From Octopus vulgaris (lineage: Eukaryota): 64,000 bases of DNA. This document shows, in pieces, positions 25,668-39,180 of the stretch. The notes under the pieces were generated by a model that ran no database searches, was not told the origin of the DNA, and saw nothing but the letters and a program-made list of their open reading frames with translations. Numbering within the stretch: the first letter of the stretch is position 1; each line of letters opens with the position of its first letter. The position numbers and the translations under genes were made by a program. The stretch spans positions 225,432,001 to 225,496,000 of the forward strand of contig OX597814.1 of NCBI GenBank assembly GCA_951406725.2, in the 5' to 3' direction.

Positions 25668-25958
25668 TATATATATATCCAAATATCGATATATATATAT
25701 ATATATATAATACACACACACATATATATATATATAAATTAACATAATACATATCTGGTTAATAATATCTGTTCTCATTATTGTGCGGTGGTGGCGGGCG
25801 ATAATAATTCACCGTTGTAAAAGCCCTGTAGCGGGAATATTTAAACTTCGAGAGAGTGAAATATATTTCCGACACAATATAATTATTTACTATTTTATTC
25901 CTCTCCATTAATCACACTTTCGACTGTCAACGCTTTCTCTCTATAGGTACAGAAAGAC

Positions 25959-26020
<62 letters not shown>

Positions 26021-26401
26021 CTAGGGGAGAAAGAGCGACAGAGATACAGCGAATGCAGAGAGGGAAAGAGAGTGAGTAGACGCTATCAAAAGCCGTTGTA
26101 GAGATAAAGAGGATGGAAGGGGGAAAGAGAGAGATGGAAGAAGAAAGGGTGATAACCGTAAGAGAGAAACAACAAACACTTATCAAAGTCAGTTTAAAGA
26201 ACGATGAATTTTCACTCTTTTTTCCATAGCAACCACATCTTTATAGCTTGCGAATTTTAACCATCGCGTGTCTCATCCTCACCACGCATTTAGTATCCCT
26301 GCCAATTTTCAGCTCGATCCTAGCTTCGGTTTGGCCGCCATTAACCGTCAAAGCAAAATGTGCATACAATTTTCGTCCAAGGACTGTTTTATAAATATAG
26401 A
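25297..26401 (-). mobile_element. Non-autonomous Helitron-like element
   Basis: Minus-strand 5' end A|TCtatatttataaaac at 26401 and 3' end ccgaggaaggctggg...CTAG|T at 25297; internal (AT)n and (AG)n. Confidence 0.68.
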
Positions 26402-26436
26402 TAATATACATGGATGGTGGCATAGTGGTTAGGGTG

Positions 26437-26690
26437 TTACATGCGTAACGGGATAACTACCTGCAGCCTACGACACCATGCTATTCGTTCTTTTCAGCTA
26501 ATACTTTCCTGATTATTCTGGCCGTGCCAAAGAGGCAAGCTTTTTGTAATAGTTCTACTGGGCACTCTATCCCAAATCCCTTTATATTCCCCTTGATGCC
26601 TTCTGATACTGTCCCCAAGGACCCAAGAATAATTGGCACCACCTTCACCTTCTCCATTTTCCATAGCCGGGTTATTTCGTACTTAAGTTT
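26437..26690 (-). mobile_element. Second R4/Dong 3' fragment
   Basis: LKYEITRLWKMEKVKVVPIILGSLG...LFGTARIIRKVLAEKNE, nearly identical to 18620-18860. Confidence 0.88.
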
Positions 26691-26884
26691 GCACTGCGAT
26701 CCCTTCAACACATGACGCTTGGTGCACAGCGTTCAAGTAACATCGATTTGTTCAGGCAACATCGATGGAGGGAGCGAGCTAATGTACAGCACGTATATCT
26801 GATCACTATAATCAAATCATTTTGTGCAGGTTGTTCGACAAAAGCTGAACGCTCATCCATCGTCATCGCCGGGAGAGTCCATCA

Positions 26885-26941
<57 letters not shown>

Positions 26942-27173
26942 GGTAATGTATATATAATTATGCTGTAATTGCTTCCGACAGATTGATATCAATTATGATT
27001 TTCATTTGACAGCTGATGAAGGAAATATCACGCAGTTCAAGTCGTTTGAACAATATAATATATTTATATTCCAGTTCAAGCGGGTTATAGAAATTTTGCA
27101 ACGTTAGTCTTTGTCATTTTAGTGTCAGTCAGTCATTCCTCTTCTCCGTGCGTGTGTGTTCGTGTGTGTGTGT

Positions 27174-27208
<35 letters not shown>

Positions 27209-27381
27209 TTTGAACAAACGCACTAATATTGCACTCAACCTATTTATTAGGAGTTGCATATATTTCTTAATGACAGTTTGACTCAGTTCCATAAGACTTG
27301 AAGTCTCTTGGGTGTGTAGAATATGCCCATCTCAACAGATATCGGGGGAAATATCCGTTCCCTTCCGATATCTGATGGAAC

Positions 27382-27778
27382 TGGCGTGGCTGTGTGGTAA
27401 GGAGCTTGATACCCAACTGTATGCTTCCAGGTAGAGTCCCACGACATGTGTCTTCTACTATAGTCTAGGACAGACAAAAGCCTTGTGAGTGAATTTGGTA
27501 GACGGAAACGGAAAGAAGCCCGTCGTATATGTATATGTATATACCTATGTGTCTTCGTGTCTTTGTGTGTCTGTTTGTCTCCCCATCACTGCTTGACAAC
27601 GGGCGTTGGCGTGTTTACGTCCCCGTAACTTAACAGTTCGGCAAAAGATACCAATAGAATAAGTATTAGGCTAAAAAAAATGGCCCTGGAGTCGGTTTGT
27701 TCGACTAAAATTCCTTCAAGGCGGAGCTCCAGCATGGTGGCAATCAAATGAGTGAAACAAATAACAGAATAAAAGAAT
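27382..27778 (+). mobile_element. SINE family A with internal deletion
   Basis: ggcgtggctgtgtggtaag...aaggcggagctccagcatgg...gaaacaaataacagaat. Confidence 0.8.
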
Positions 27779-27780
27779 AT

Positions 27781-27856
<76 letters not shown>

Positions 27857-28280
27857 ATATATATATATATATACATACATACATACATACATATGTATAT
27901 GTATATATATATATATATATATATACACGCACATACATACATACATACATTCACTCCCACGCACGTACACACACACGCACGCACACATACACACGTACAA
28001 ACACACACTAATTCACATACACACCGACACATATACATACACACAACATATACCTACACGCGCACGCACACATACACATACGTACACACGTATGAGCACA
28101 GACGTTAAGCACAGTTACTCGCCACACCCAAACTCCACGCATACACACAAAAAAACGCACACGTACACATTTGCCCATGTCAAATTTATATGTATAGATA
28201 TATATATTATTATAGATATTATATATATATATATTATATGTGTATATATATCATATATTATATATATGTATATATGTATG

Positions 28281-28349
<69 letters not shown>

Positions 28350-28365
<16 letters not shown>

Positions 28366-29152
28366 GGCAGTTTGTCTGTCTGTGTGTCTGTGAGTCTGTC
28401 AGGTTGTACCCTCACCCTGACCACGGCTTTCAACCGATTCTGATGAAACTTGACACACACATAGCCCAATGTCATAATTCAAAACTAACACAGCGAAAAT
28501 TTTGAAAAGTTCCCCCAGTTCTGAAAAAATTGATAAATTCGACATGGGTCGAGAATCTAAGCTTTTTATATGCAACACATTTTCTACAGACCGTCTGGGG
28601 GACGCAACTCGACCTTTTTAACTCTCGGAACACGTGGGGTAAGTATCCCAAAATGTATAAAAATGTACAAAAACGGCAAAAAAGCGGGCAGCAATGTGAG
28701 TGACAACAACGAAAAAGTCAAAAGTGACCAAACTGAACAAACGAATAAAAAAGGTTTTTTGGTGCACACGACAAAAGCGGTTTATAATAAACCAAGAGTT
28801 TGCAAGTAGCGTCCGAGGACCCTTAGGGTACGTCAAAAATTTAAGGTAAAACATTTGGGATGGTAGTTATAAAGAAAGTGTAAACAAAAAAAGTATTCAA
28901 ATAATTTGAGGCTGCAGCACCTATTAGCAGAAGTGCCGGTGTTGGGGGTAAAGTCTCGAATGTAATTTCTTCCTGTTAGGAATTGGTTGGGTTGAATTAT
29001 CGATAGCTGTTTGATAGTTATTTGGGAGTGAAGAGAAGAAATTGCAACCTACACATGCACCTTCGTTCCCTAGAGGGAAAGGACTAGATTGGGATTAGTC
29101 GTTGCCTACTAGGGGCTCTTACATACCCGGGCAACGCCGGGCTATGCTGCTA

Positions 29153-29153
<1 letters not shown>
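28350..29153 (+). mobile_element. Non-autonomous Helitron-like element
   Basis: 5' tatatataaacggcagtttgtctgtc (the TC start is lost in the TA tract); 3' hairpin cccgggcaacgccggg at 29126-29141, then CTAG|T at 29150-29154. Confidence 0.82.
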
Positions 29154-29215
<62 letters not shown>

Positions 29216-29409
29216 CATACCAATTCTACATGCATGAGATGTATGCATAAATATATATATATACATCTATAGATACATATACCATAATATATTTTTAAAG
29301 TATATTTGTAAGCATAGCCGCAACCTAAGGACAAACAAATAAAGGACAGTATATTTAATAAATATATACATATATGTATATATGTGTGTGTGTGCGTGTG
29401 TGCGTGTGC

Positions 29410-29468
<59 letters not shown>

Positions 29469-30299
29469 TCTATGAATACTTTGATTCATACGTTTCAATC
29501 TCATTTAATTCTCAATCGGAAAAAAGGTAAAAATATTTGAGTACTTCAATTAGTGAAAGAAGGATACATTTATTTAAAATATGTGCTTGCAATAACCCTG
29601 CAGATTTAGAAAAGAAAACGTTGAAGAACATTATACACAATTCAATCAACAAATTAATAAACTTGATGAAAAATGTCTTTTGGCGGAAATCATATGTTAT
29701 TCAATAAATATAAATATAAATTTTCTTTTTTAGTTTGTGCGACACGTAGAATTATTCTGTTAAATTTTTATTTCTATAAAAATTGCTCTTATGTTTACTA
29801 TTTATGTTTACAAATCTGTAATTATTCCTCATAACAATTCAGTGCTACCATTATATATTTTTCAACTTTGCTGCTTCGTTCACAATTTGGTTCGTTTCCT
29901 GAAAGACGCCGTAAAGTACGAATTACGAGAGCTAGACTGAAGCTTATGCAAAAAGTGGGCATAACGTTTATGTTAACTTACATAGGTCGTACAAACTGCA
30001 CTTATTGTTTGAGCAACACTTCCTCTGTTACAGGCAAATAATGGGCCCCATTCAGGCGCAACACGCTGTCATTGAGCTTTTTGACGAGAGGAGAGAAAGA
30101 GAAATAGAGAAGAGAGGGAGATACTTACAAAGAGAGACCAGCTTTTCTTTGCAATATGGTTAATCGAAGATACAACTGTGTTTGAATTTAAACTTTTTTA
30201 TTAGATTTTCTGTACTTTCTTATTAGTCCTCTATGATTGCAGAAGAACATTAATGTGCCTATATCCGTTTTGAATTTGGTACCATAACGTTCCTAGATC

Positions 30300-31330
30300 C
30301 GTAACAATTCAAGAGTATCATTGACCTCATTATCTGTCATATTTAGTATTAAATTTGAATATATTAGTTGACAGAAGTACGTTGAGTTGTTTAAAATTTT
30401 GTGCTTTCATGCGAATGAGGAATTCTTTCATTCGGATGTTTTTATGATATATTCTATCTAAAGGTTTGTACTGACATTTTGATACAAGTTGTGTTCTCTT
30501 TTGGCATATTCATCCATTCTATGAATCAAGATGTATTTGAGTAGTGTTTGTGCTTTTACTAGCGTTTGCATCTGTTGTAATTCTATGAATAAATTTGCTA
30601 TTGCGTTATCTATACTTGGTGAGCGAAAAATATTTGAGCATAATTTAACTCTCTATATTTTGTTATTGCTTCTTTCGTAGATAATTTTTTTTAAACAAAT
30701 GTCACAAAGATATTTTATACTTACTATTGGAACACTATCTTCCAACATGTATAAGCTATTGTTAGTATTTGGAGATATACGAAGGTGCTAGATGAGTCGG
30801 TCTTTATTCCTTTCACTGCATTTTTAATTAATTTGCTTTGTATTGTAAATTTGAGGATGGAATTCGTACTAAATATTTCTCTCCGACCGCTCTTCCGTAT
30901 CTGTCACCATGTATACATCATCCACGTAGCTCTTAAACATATGACTTTGTTAAGAATAACTGAATTCCGATGCTAACCATACAAGCCGCTGCAGGTGAGA
31001 GTTCAAGTGATCTCATGCCATCACAATCTCGCCGGATATGAAGATTGCTTTATAGGCCACGAAACGGAACTCCAGTTGTACGGAAAAACATAAAATATTC
31101 TTCGAGATGTTTCTTGGTATTCTACATGGCTTTGCTATAAGATGTTTATATACCTTATCCAATATTAGGCCTAAATATTTTTTTATAAGGACATTGGTAA
31201 AAAGGTTTTCGACAGCCATAGAAATTTTATCTGTTTTATGTGTTTCTAATAAAACTTCTAGGAACTACCTTGTATGTATATATGTGTATACAATATCATT
31301 CTTGTCTGTAATTCTTAAAGATATTATCTA
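30300..31330 (-). mobile_element. Highly decayed Penelope/Poseidon-like RT fragment
   Basis: ORF 31013-31219 AVENLFTNVLIKK...ILDKVY...IPRNI resembles the PLE motif DVESLFTNVP...ILDRVY; boundaries approximate. Confidence 0.5.
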
Positions 31331-33334
31331 GTTATTCTGTTAGTGTGATCGAACTTGGGACTTCAGGATTCCAGAGCAAAGCTTTTAACCATTCACTCTT
31401 ATTGCGTCCTTAGAACTGTGGGCAGCTACCCTGCAGTGAAATCTCAACATTCGCTGCCCATTATGCATCCAAACACCTCACTGCATATGTTACATAATTC
31501 TTCTTCAAAATTATCTATTTTATTCCAACAGGCTCGCTGCCATGTAAATATAACTTCTATAGTGTTATTCTTCTCGACATCAGCAAAACTTCCGACTGTC
31601 TCTGTCATGGGGATCTGCTGGCAAATTTTCCATCTCTAGTATGTCCAATCGGTAGCTGTCTCTCAGATTGTTTTGGTCAATGTTTACTGGATCGGTAGCC
31701 GTTTTCGTCAATGTTTGTTGGATGCAGCTCTATACCACCGACACTGTCAACTCCAGCATTCAGCCTTGTCCTTCGCAACTTTTCTCCTGCACATCAACTA
31801 TCTGGAATTTCTAGCCCAAGTAGGTCGTAAATATCTACACTATCGACAAATCTCATATTCACATCGAATAAAAGACTGGGATTTCGGAATTTCAGAGTAA
31901 AAGTTTTTAACCATTCATTCATGCCTCATCCACAGTACTGTGGGCAGCGACCCCGCAGCAAAGTCCGATCCGAATCTACATGGACGATAAAAACTAAGCT
32001 GTCAAAGAGACAAAACTAATGTTAGTAGAAGTAACAGTAATTAAGTAATAGACAGAGAGTAAAAATAAAGCAGTCAGTGTCACGACAGGCTTCTATACAG
32101 TTTCCATATATTTAATTTCTTTCACAAGGATTTATTCCACATGAGATCGAAACGAAAGGTATTTCCTAAATTTGTCAACCAGTGGAACGAGCTCCAGCCT
32201 TCATCATTGCAAAAGGAACTCCTTAACTACTCTGCTACGCTTTCGCACACAGAAACACACACGCGCGAACACGCACACACACATACACACAAACACATAC
32301 ACACGCACCATTCACAGGCAGCCGCTTGGTAGAATCGTGAAATTGTTGGCCAAAAACCTTGCGTTATTTGTTCTGACTTTCTGCTTTCTAAATTCCAGGA
32401 CCAATCAAATAAAGTACTGTACTCAGTAGATTCCTTTCTCTCGCCTTTATGAATTGCCTAAATCAGTATTTTGCAAAAGAGATTGTAACCTCCCAAACAA
32501 AATTTAGTGGTGGTGGCGAAAATATTACACCTACATTGTTACTTTTTAGTGTAATATAGTGTTGAGAAGTGTTGGTAGTTTTAACAAAATCAAAACAGCT
32601 TGTCTACTGTAGTATAAGACCTAAAGCTTGATATGCACGGCCATATATCCTGACACAAAGACATTCTACTGTGAACCACTTGCCAAGATTAATGAAAAGA
32701 AAAAGCCAATAGATCTCACATTCATAATTTATGCAATATTTCTTTCCCCGTTTTGTGGTTGTACTTACGTCAAAGCACAACTTTCTCAGAAATGAATCGC
32801 TTATATATTTTCTTTAAGAAAATGTCAACTGATATTCTGCTTTTGCATCTAATAAATAATCTTAATGTCCCACCTTTATATTTGTATTTATATTAATACA
32901 TACATTATCTAGCTATATAATACAATGACATCATATCTCAGACTATTATACTTTGCTCTGTATATTCTGTTGATAAAATCTTGATTTATATTTTTTTTCT
33001 CCCAAAGTCGATATAACAGAATTTATTTTATGATATCGCAGGACCTACGAGGTGTCTATATCGATTTTATTTTATTTTTTTATAGTAAGTGCCTTTTTTT
33101 TAAAGAAATATTATGTAAAGTATGATTCAGTGTAAATGCGAGATAATCGAAAGATCTCATCGAGTTGTAAGACAGTGTCGAAACATTTTTTTTAAAGTTT
33201 GAAATACATAAAACTCTCTTTATAGCGTTTCTGTTAAAGATTGTTGCAACAGGAGATAGAATGTGAAGATAAATAACATTCTGTTTTGGTGTATATCCAA
33301 ATGCATTTCAATATTCTTCAAAAATATTATGTGC

Positions 33335-33388
<54 letters not shown>

Positions 33389-33851
33389 TAGCGAGAGAGA
33401 GGGAGAGAGATAAATACACGCATGCATGTACGTATACATAAATGTACTTATATATGTGTGTATGTATATATATATATATATGAACGCAAAAATGCCTGAA
33501 GAAGTATACTTGTCGAATTAATGAGCTTCTATAGGGTCCATGGATATCATAAATAATATTTAATAATATCATATGGATATGGTGAGGTAGTCCCATAAAA
33601 TACATGTCATGCCGAAACATATGTAGGAATGTATTAATAAAAGTATAACATCTCCATCCGTGAAGAATTTCACGTTATTGATATATTTATCCTTCGCTAA
33701 CACGAAGTACCGCATATATAACAACCCCATACAGTTAACTCAGCAGGTTAGGAATAATATACGGTAGCCAGCCACAAGTAGCACAAGATCTTTTATGAGT
33801 GCACTGGTGGACATCTGCCATATACAAAATACAAAGATATACAATATGTGT

Positions 33852-33929
<78 letters not shown>

Positions 33930-33931
<2 letters not shown>

Positions 33932-34700
33932 TTATATTAAATTAGAGATAAAACCACTATTAGGCAAATCATACAATGAAAAACTTCAGCCAATACATAA
34001 GATTAATTAATTTATATTATTTTAAATATATATCAAAATTATTTAAAAAAAATATAATTAGTATAACACTACGATCGTTTCATGGCTGTCCAATTCTTAA
34101 AATTTCGAGTTACAGTCATTCTTCAGGTGATTTAAATATCTAAAATATAATCATAAATATTTAAACAATATTTTTAAGATATAAATAATATATATAATAT
34201 AATAATTTTACTTATAATGAACTCTATTATCAAACTAGGGACATAGAACTTAACAATTATGATTATATCCAAATCGACTATAATGTTAAATATTAATTTT
34301 AATTTATAAGGTAGGAAACCCACCAATAATCTAATATCAATATTAGTCTATATCTAATTACATAAATATTTAAAATGACTAATATATATAAATTATCAAT
34401 GAAAATAGATAAATGTATATAAATATTATAATTAAGATCTAAAATAATCTCTATAAATAATTGTATATGCACATATAATAAAAACCTAATAAATTTAATT
34501 TTTCATATTTAAAGATGAAATAGCTAATTTCAAAATACAAATAAACTAACTTAAACGAACTTTCAGAAATCTTATGTAAAATACTTTTAGAAATAATCAA
34601 TTCGTAGTAATATAGTATCGAATAAATACTATAAGTACTATAAATATAATTATGAATGGGAATAATTATCGAATATAAATTTAAAGAAATAACTAAGTTA
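33930..34700 (-). mobile_element. 3' terminal region of a Naiad-like PLE
   Basis: aattagagataaaaccactatt...gccaatacat and the hammerhead are homologous to 50799-51050 and 56298-56549. Confidence 0.7.
34067..34129 (-). ncRNA. Type I hammerhead ribozyme
   Basis: Reverse complement: cac CTGAAGA atgactgt...acagccat GAAA cgatcg TA gtg. Confidence 0.75.
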
Positions 34701-34772
34701 TGCTATTAAATTAGACATGGCCTGGACCAATCTTTAGTCGAAACATATCTAAGTTTATCAAAGTTTATCTAA
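34701..34772 (+). mobile_element. Isolated 3' tail of the APE-RT LINE family
   Basis: tgctattaaattagacatggcctggaccaat matches 59680-59710, followed by short tandem tail units. Confidence 0.7.
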
Positions 34773-34881
34773 TTTAATTATAAATTTAAAACTACAATTA
34801 ATACTATTAAAACATGTATATACAAAGCCTAACTTAATACACCTTGTATGCTTGCTATCAAATAATAAATCTATCTCTGTA

Positions 34882-35316
<435 letters not shown>

Positions 35317-35594
35317 TTTTAAATATTTAAATATTGAGGGAGATAAATTAATATTAATTTTAATATCAATTTAAAACCAGTAGTCCAGCATTCAAAAAAT
35401 CTGAGGAGTCAGAGAAAATTCAAATATATGTGTATATTGGCAGGGCTGGCCTGCTAGGTAGCCGGCCAAAATGCTAGAAGAAGATCATCAACGATCAAAC
35501 TACAAGGGAAATTCTCTAGAGGAAGAATTCAGCGAACACCAGAACCAACTTTGGCGGGCAGGACATATGAAAAATTAAATAAAAAACAGACTTA

Positions 35595-35670
35595 AATGCA
35601 TACCTCGGTTTCGGTCTTAACAAAAGAATTACTTGCATAATTCAAGTGTCCGTGACTTCATCAGTACATT
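35595..35670 (-). ncRNA. Type I hammerhead ribozyme (left palindrome arm)
   Basis: Reverse complement of 35787-35862. Confidence 0.7.
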
Positions 35671-35786
35671 CGGTCCTCGAGATGCAAACCGCAAGACTAA
35701 CCCCAGCTCTCTGTGTCAAGACAGACACGTGCTTAGTCTTACTGATTACATCGGGGTTAGTCTTGCGGTTTGCATCTCGAGGACCG

Positions 35787-35862
35787 AATGTACTGATGAA
35801 GTCACGGACATTTGAATTATGCAAGTAATTCTTTTGTTAAGACCGAAACCGAGGTATGCATT
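35787..35862 (+). ncRNA. Type I hammerhead ribozyme (right palindrome arm)
   Basis: aatgta CTGATGA a-gtc...gac-c GAAA ccgagg TA tgcatt; stem I aatgta/tgcatt; GUA triplet. Confidence 0.7.
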
Positions 35863-36016
35863 TAAGTCTGTTTTTTATTTAATTTTTCATATGTCCTGCC
35901 CGCCAAAAATGGTTCTGGTGTTCGCTGAATTCTTCCTCTAGAGAATTTCCCTTGTAGTTTGATCGTTGATGATCTTCTTCTAGCATTTTGGCCGGCTACC
36001 TAGCAGGCCAGCCCTG

Positions 36017-36077
<61 letters not shown>

Positions 36078-36173
36078 GGGAAGCTTTATGAAAATAGACA
36101 AAAGACGAAGGCAGGTGGAAAACAAACGAACAATTGTATTAGTATGGCGCTCAGGAAATATAAATTAAACAAG

Positions 36174-36211
36174 TCTTTAACGTTTCGAGCCTACGCTCTT
36201 CAACAGAAAGA
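36174..36211 (-). ncRNA. Minimal hammerhead-like variant (CUGUUGA core)
   Basis: Reverse complement: tcttt CTGTTGA a-gagc gtag gctc GAAA cg TT aaaga. Confidence 0.5.
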
Positions 36212-36380
36212 TACACAGAGAGAAAAAACACAGAAAGAAGGAGAGAAAAAATGCGTGCAGTAGCTAACGAATCAACATGGCGATCTGATTTCGGCCAGAG
36301 GTCAAAGATCAAACATGAGACGCGAGAGCGAAATAAGGGGAGATAATAGGGTTGATAATATGGTTGAAGGACCAGCTAAT

Positions 36381-36681
36381 AGTGCGTAGGAGGGGTCTGG
36401 ACGTGTGTATGTATAGGGTTGGTGTATGTATTAGTATGTATAAGGGTGTGTGTGTGTGTGTGTGTGTATGAGAGAGTATTAGTGCGTAGGATTGGTGTGG
36501 ACGTGCGTATGTATGGGGTTGGTGTATGTATTAGTATGTATTAGTATGTATTAGTACGTATTAGTATGTATAAGTGTGTGTGTGTGTGTGTATGAGAGAG
36601 TATAAGTGCGTATGATGGGTCTGGACGTGTGTATGTATAGGGTTGGTGTATGTATTAGTATGTATTAGTATGTATTAGTAC

Positions 36682-36682
<1 letters not shown>
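36381..36682. repeat. Three copies of a 100-125 bp GT-rich unit
   Basis: agtgcgta(g/t)ga...tggacgtg...gggttggtgtatgtattagtatgta at about 36381, 36481 and 36606. Confidence 0.85.
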
Positions 36683-36758
<76 letters not shown>

Positions 36759-37999
36759 CCTGTTAACTCGTGACCGAAGAAGACCATCATTGACCATTGG
36801 CCGTGCAAAATATCCGTAATGCCCGTACATGAAGTTATTGTGCCAGCAGTCAACTTCACCAGCGCCACCATACTTGACTAGGCATCGGGTAATCGCCTCA
36901 CCGGCGATTGCACAGCCTAAAGCTTTTGGTGCAGCAAGCTTGCACAACTCCTCACAAACCCTTTCCGATCCACTGACATGATCTAAAGAGAAGCCAGGGC
37001 AATATATCCAATGCCAATGTGGGGCGCAGATTCAGGAATGTGGGAGCGCCAAGGTCTCGAGCAAAAAGCAAGGACCACCAAAATGTTCAATGCTATATTC
37101 TGCATATATGGTTATATACCAGAGTAACCTTCTCGTAGAGACATGCTTTAGGGGACCTCACTTCCAGTGGCCATCCAGCAGGCCATACATCAATCCATGC
37201 AATTCCTAGATAGTCGTTGAGCCTAACTACGTTTATCCGTCCTATTGACAGGTCTGACTTTTAGACCTTCTGGGTTTCTAGCAGTCCTCCTCAGAAGGAA
37301 AACCTAGTAGGGGGCGCCAGTTTGGGTGCTGACGTCTCGACCATGCAACAGGTTTTACTGGATTTTATGTCACCAGTAGCACTAATGAGAGCCCATACGA
37401 ATGACCTGGCATTATTTATATATATACATATATTAGGGGTTCAGACCTATTGTGTGGAACCTTAGGCAAGTACTTTCTACTATAGCCGCGTTAACTAGCG
37501 GATCGGCAAAAAGGAACGATACAATTAATACCAGGCATAAAATATAATGTACTGGGGTCGATTCGTTCGAATACAAATTCCTCAAGACGGTGCCCCATCA
37601 TGGCCACAGTCTAATGGCTTAAACAAGTAACAGTTAAAAGATATATAGAGAGATTTCGTTATTTGGCCACGCAGGGTTGAACACAGAGGGAACAATGCAA
37701 TATAGAAAGTTTCTTTTCAAAACCGGTCAATAAGGATCGTAAACGTTTTGGAGTGTGTACACAAATAGATAACGTTTTAACAACGGAAATTCACAAAAGG
37801 GGGAGAAAGTAAAGCACTAACTAGAGTTATTCGTGGAAAGAAAAACCTACGAAAAATCCCTCGGTAACCTCACAAAAAGTAAACATGAGAACAAAGCCCC
37901 TTTCTCTTTTTGCTTTATATGTTCATGCTCAAAGTGGTTTCGTCATTCATGCGTACCATCTTTGCTACATTCACCCACCTTTTGTTAAACTTTTCATTA

Positions 38000-38300
38000 G
38001 ACAATACTTCCATACTATGAAGGGACACTTGCAAGAAGTAGTTTTACAGATTAGTTAGTGTATATGGAAGATCCCTTACTCCATTCCCAGACATGAAGAG
38101 ACTTAGAAAAAGGAAGGCAGTCTGGTTTACTTCGCCATTCAATCTTTAGGTTCCATTAATTTAGTTAAGAGCTTCCAGATGCTAATTAAAAACAAAATTT
38201 CGAATAACCCATAGCTATCATAAACTCTTTTATTTCTATAACATAAAGGCTAGCTACACTTGCCGAGATTATATCGTTTTCAACAGTACCCGCTAAAACA
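38000..38300 (+). mobile_element. Decayed Naiad-like PLE linker fragment
   Basis: Reads RKRKAVWFTSPFNL...NLVKSFQMLI...HSYHKLF...NIKASYTC across frameshifts. Confidence 0.5.
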
Positions 38301-38899
38301 GAATCCATCATACTCATCCATACAGTTTCCGTGCAATATTCCAATCTATGACTATCGAAATTCTATGTTCTGCCAACTGCCGATTAGAAAGATCCTGCTT
38401 CTCAACGGATGTGGACTATACAGCCATTTTCTTACAATTTGATGGCTCGATGCGGTACTAAACGGGTACTACAGCCAATGTCTTTAGAGGAGATACACGT
38501 AACACATGTACTTTTCCAGGAGTGGTGCCTGGAAACACTCCACCTCTTTGTCCTACATAATCTGGAAACTCCGAAGCCATCTAAATGACCCCTGCAACAC
38601 CATATGAGCGAACTTGATAGGGCTCTGCCTCACTCAGCTGGAACTAGTAATTCTCCCTTTGTGAGAAACTGCACATACATCACGAATGTGTCCATCAGCA
38701 GGAAAAAATGTTGCCCTGAGGTACACCCTCTCACTGAACTTCAACTTATCCTAGCATTGCTATATGTATGTAAAACGTGAACGACATATAGAAAACATCT
38801 TTAAAACAGTACGTTTTGAGAACAGTGATTATGTCGGGTCTCTTCGACGTCCCCTGCGCCAGATTCAGAAATGCTACTGCGTGTTCACATACCAAATGA

Positions 38900-39180
38900 T
38901 AATGAAATAACAACTAAAAAGGGATGGTCATACATTACGCTTCAAGGATAGTCAATTGCCAAAACAAGTAATTTATGATGAATGTTTAACTGAAGTAAGA
39001 AAGATTCCTGTAACCTAAGCTAAGAAAATGGTATAATGATTGCCTGGAAGATGTGCTGAAGAGACGTAGCAATGAAATCAACGCATGAGGTCAAGTATCA
39101 AAAGAAAGTTTACATGTTAATGGCATTAAACTGGTTGAGACCAAACGCTTAGCAAATGCCCAGTTGAAACGTGTTGCTGC
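38900..39180 (+). mobile_element. Decayed RTE-type LINE 3' fragment
   Basis: GHTLRFKDSQLPKQVIYDE...RKWYNDCLEDVLK resembles the RTE C-terminal motif. Confidence 0.5.

Larger units (their letters stand above)
35433..36024. repeat. Palindrome with 272-bp arms and 48-nt spacer
   Basis: 35433-35704 is the reverse complement of 35753-36024 with three mismatches by eye. Confidence 0.95.

Noticed and set aside
32769-32848. Minus-strand exon with ttattag acceptor and gtaagt donor
   Set aside because: Stops occur in all three frames; no support as a coding exon
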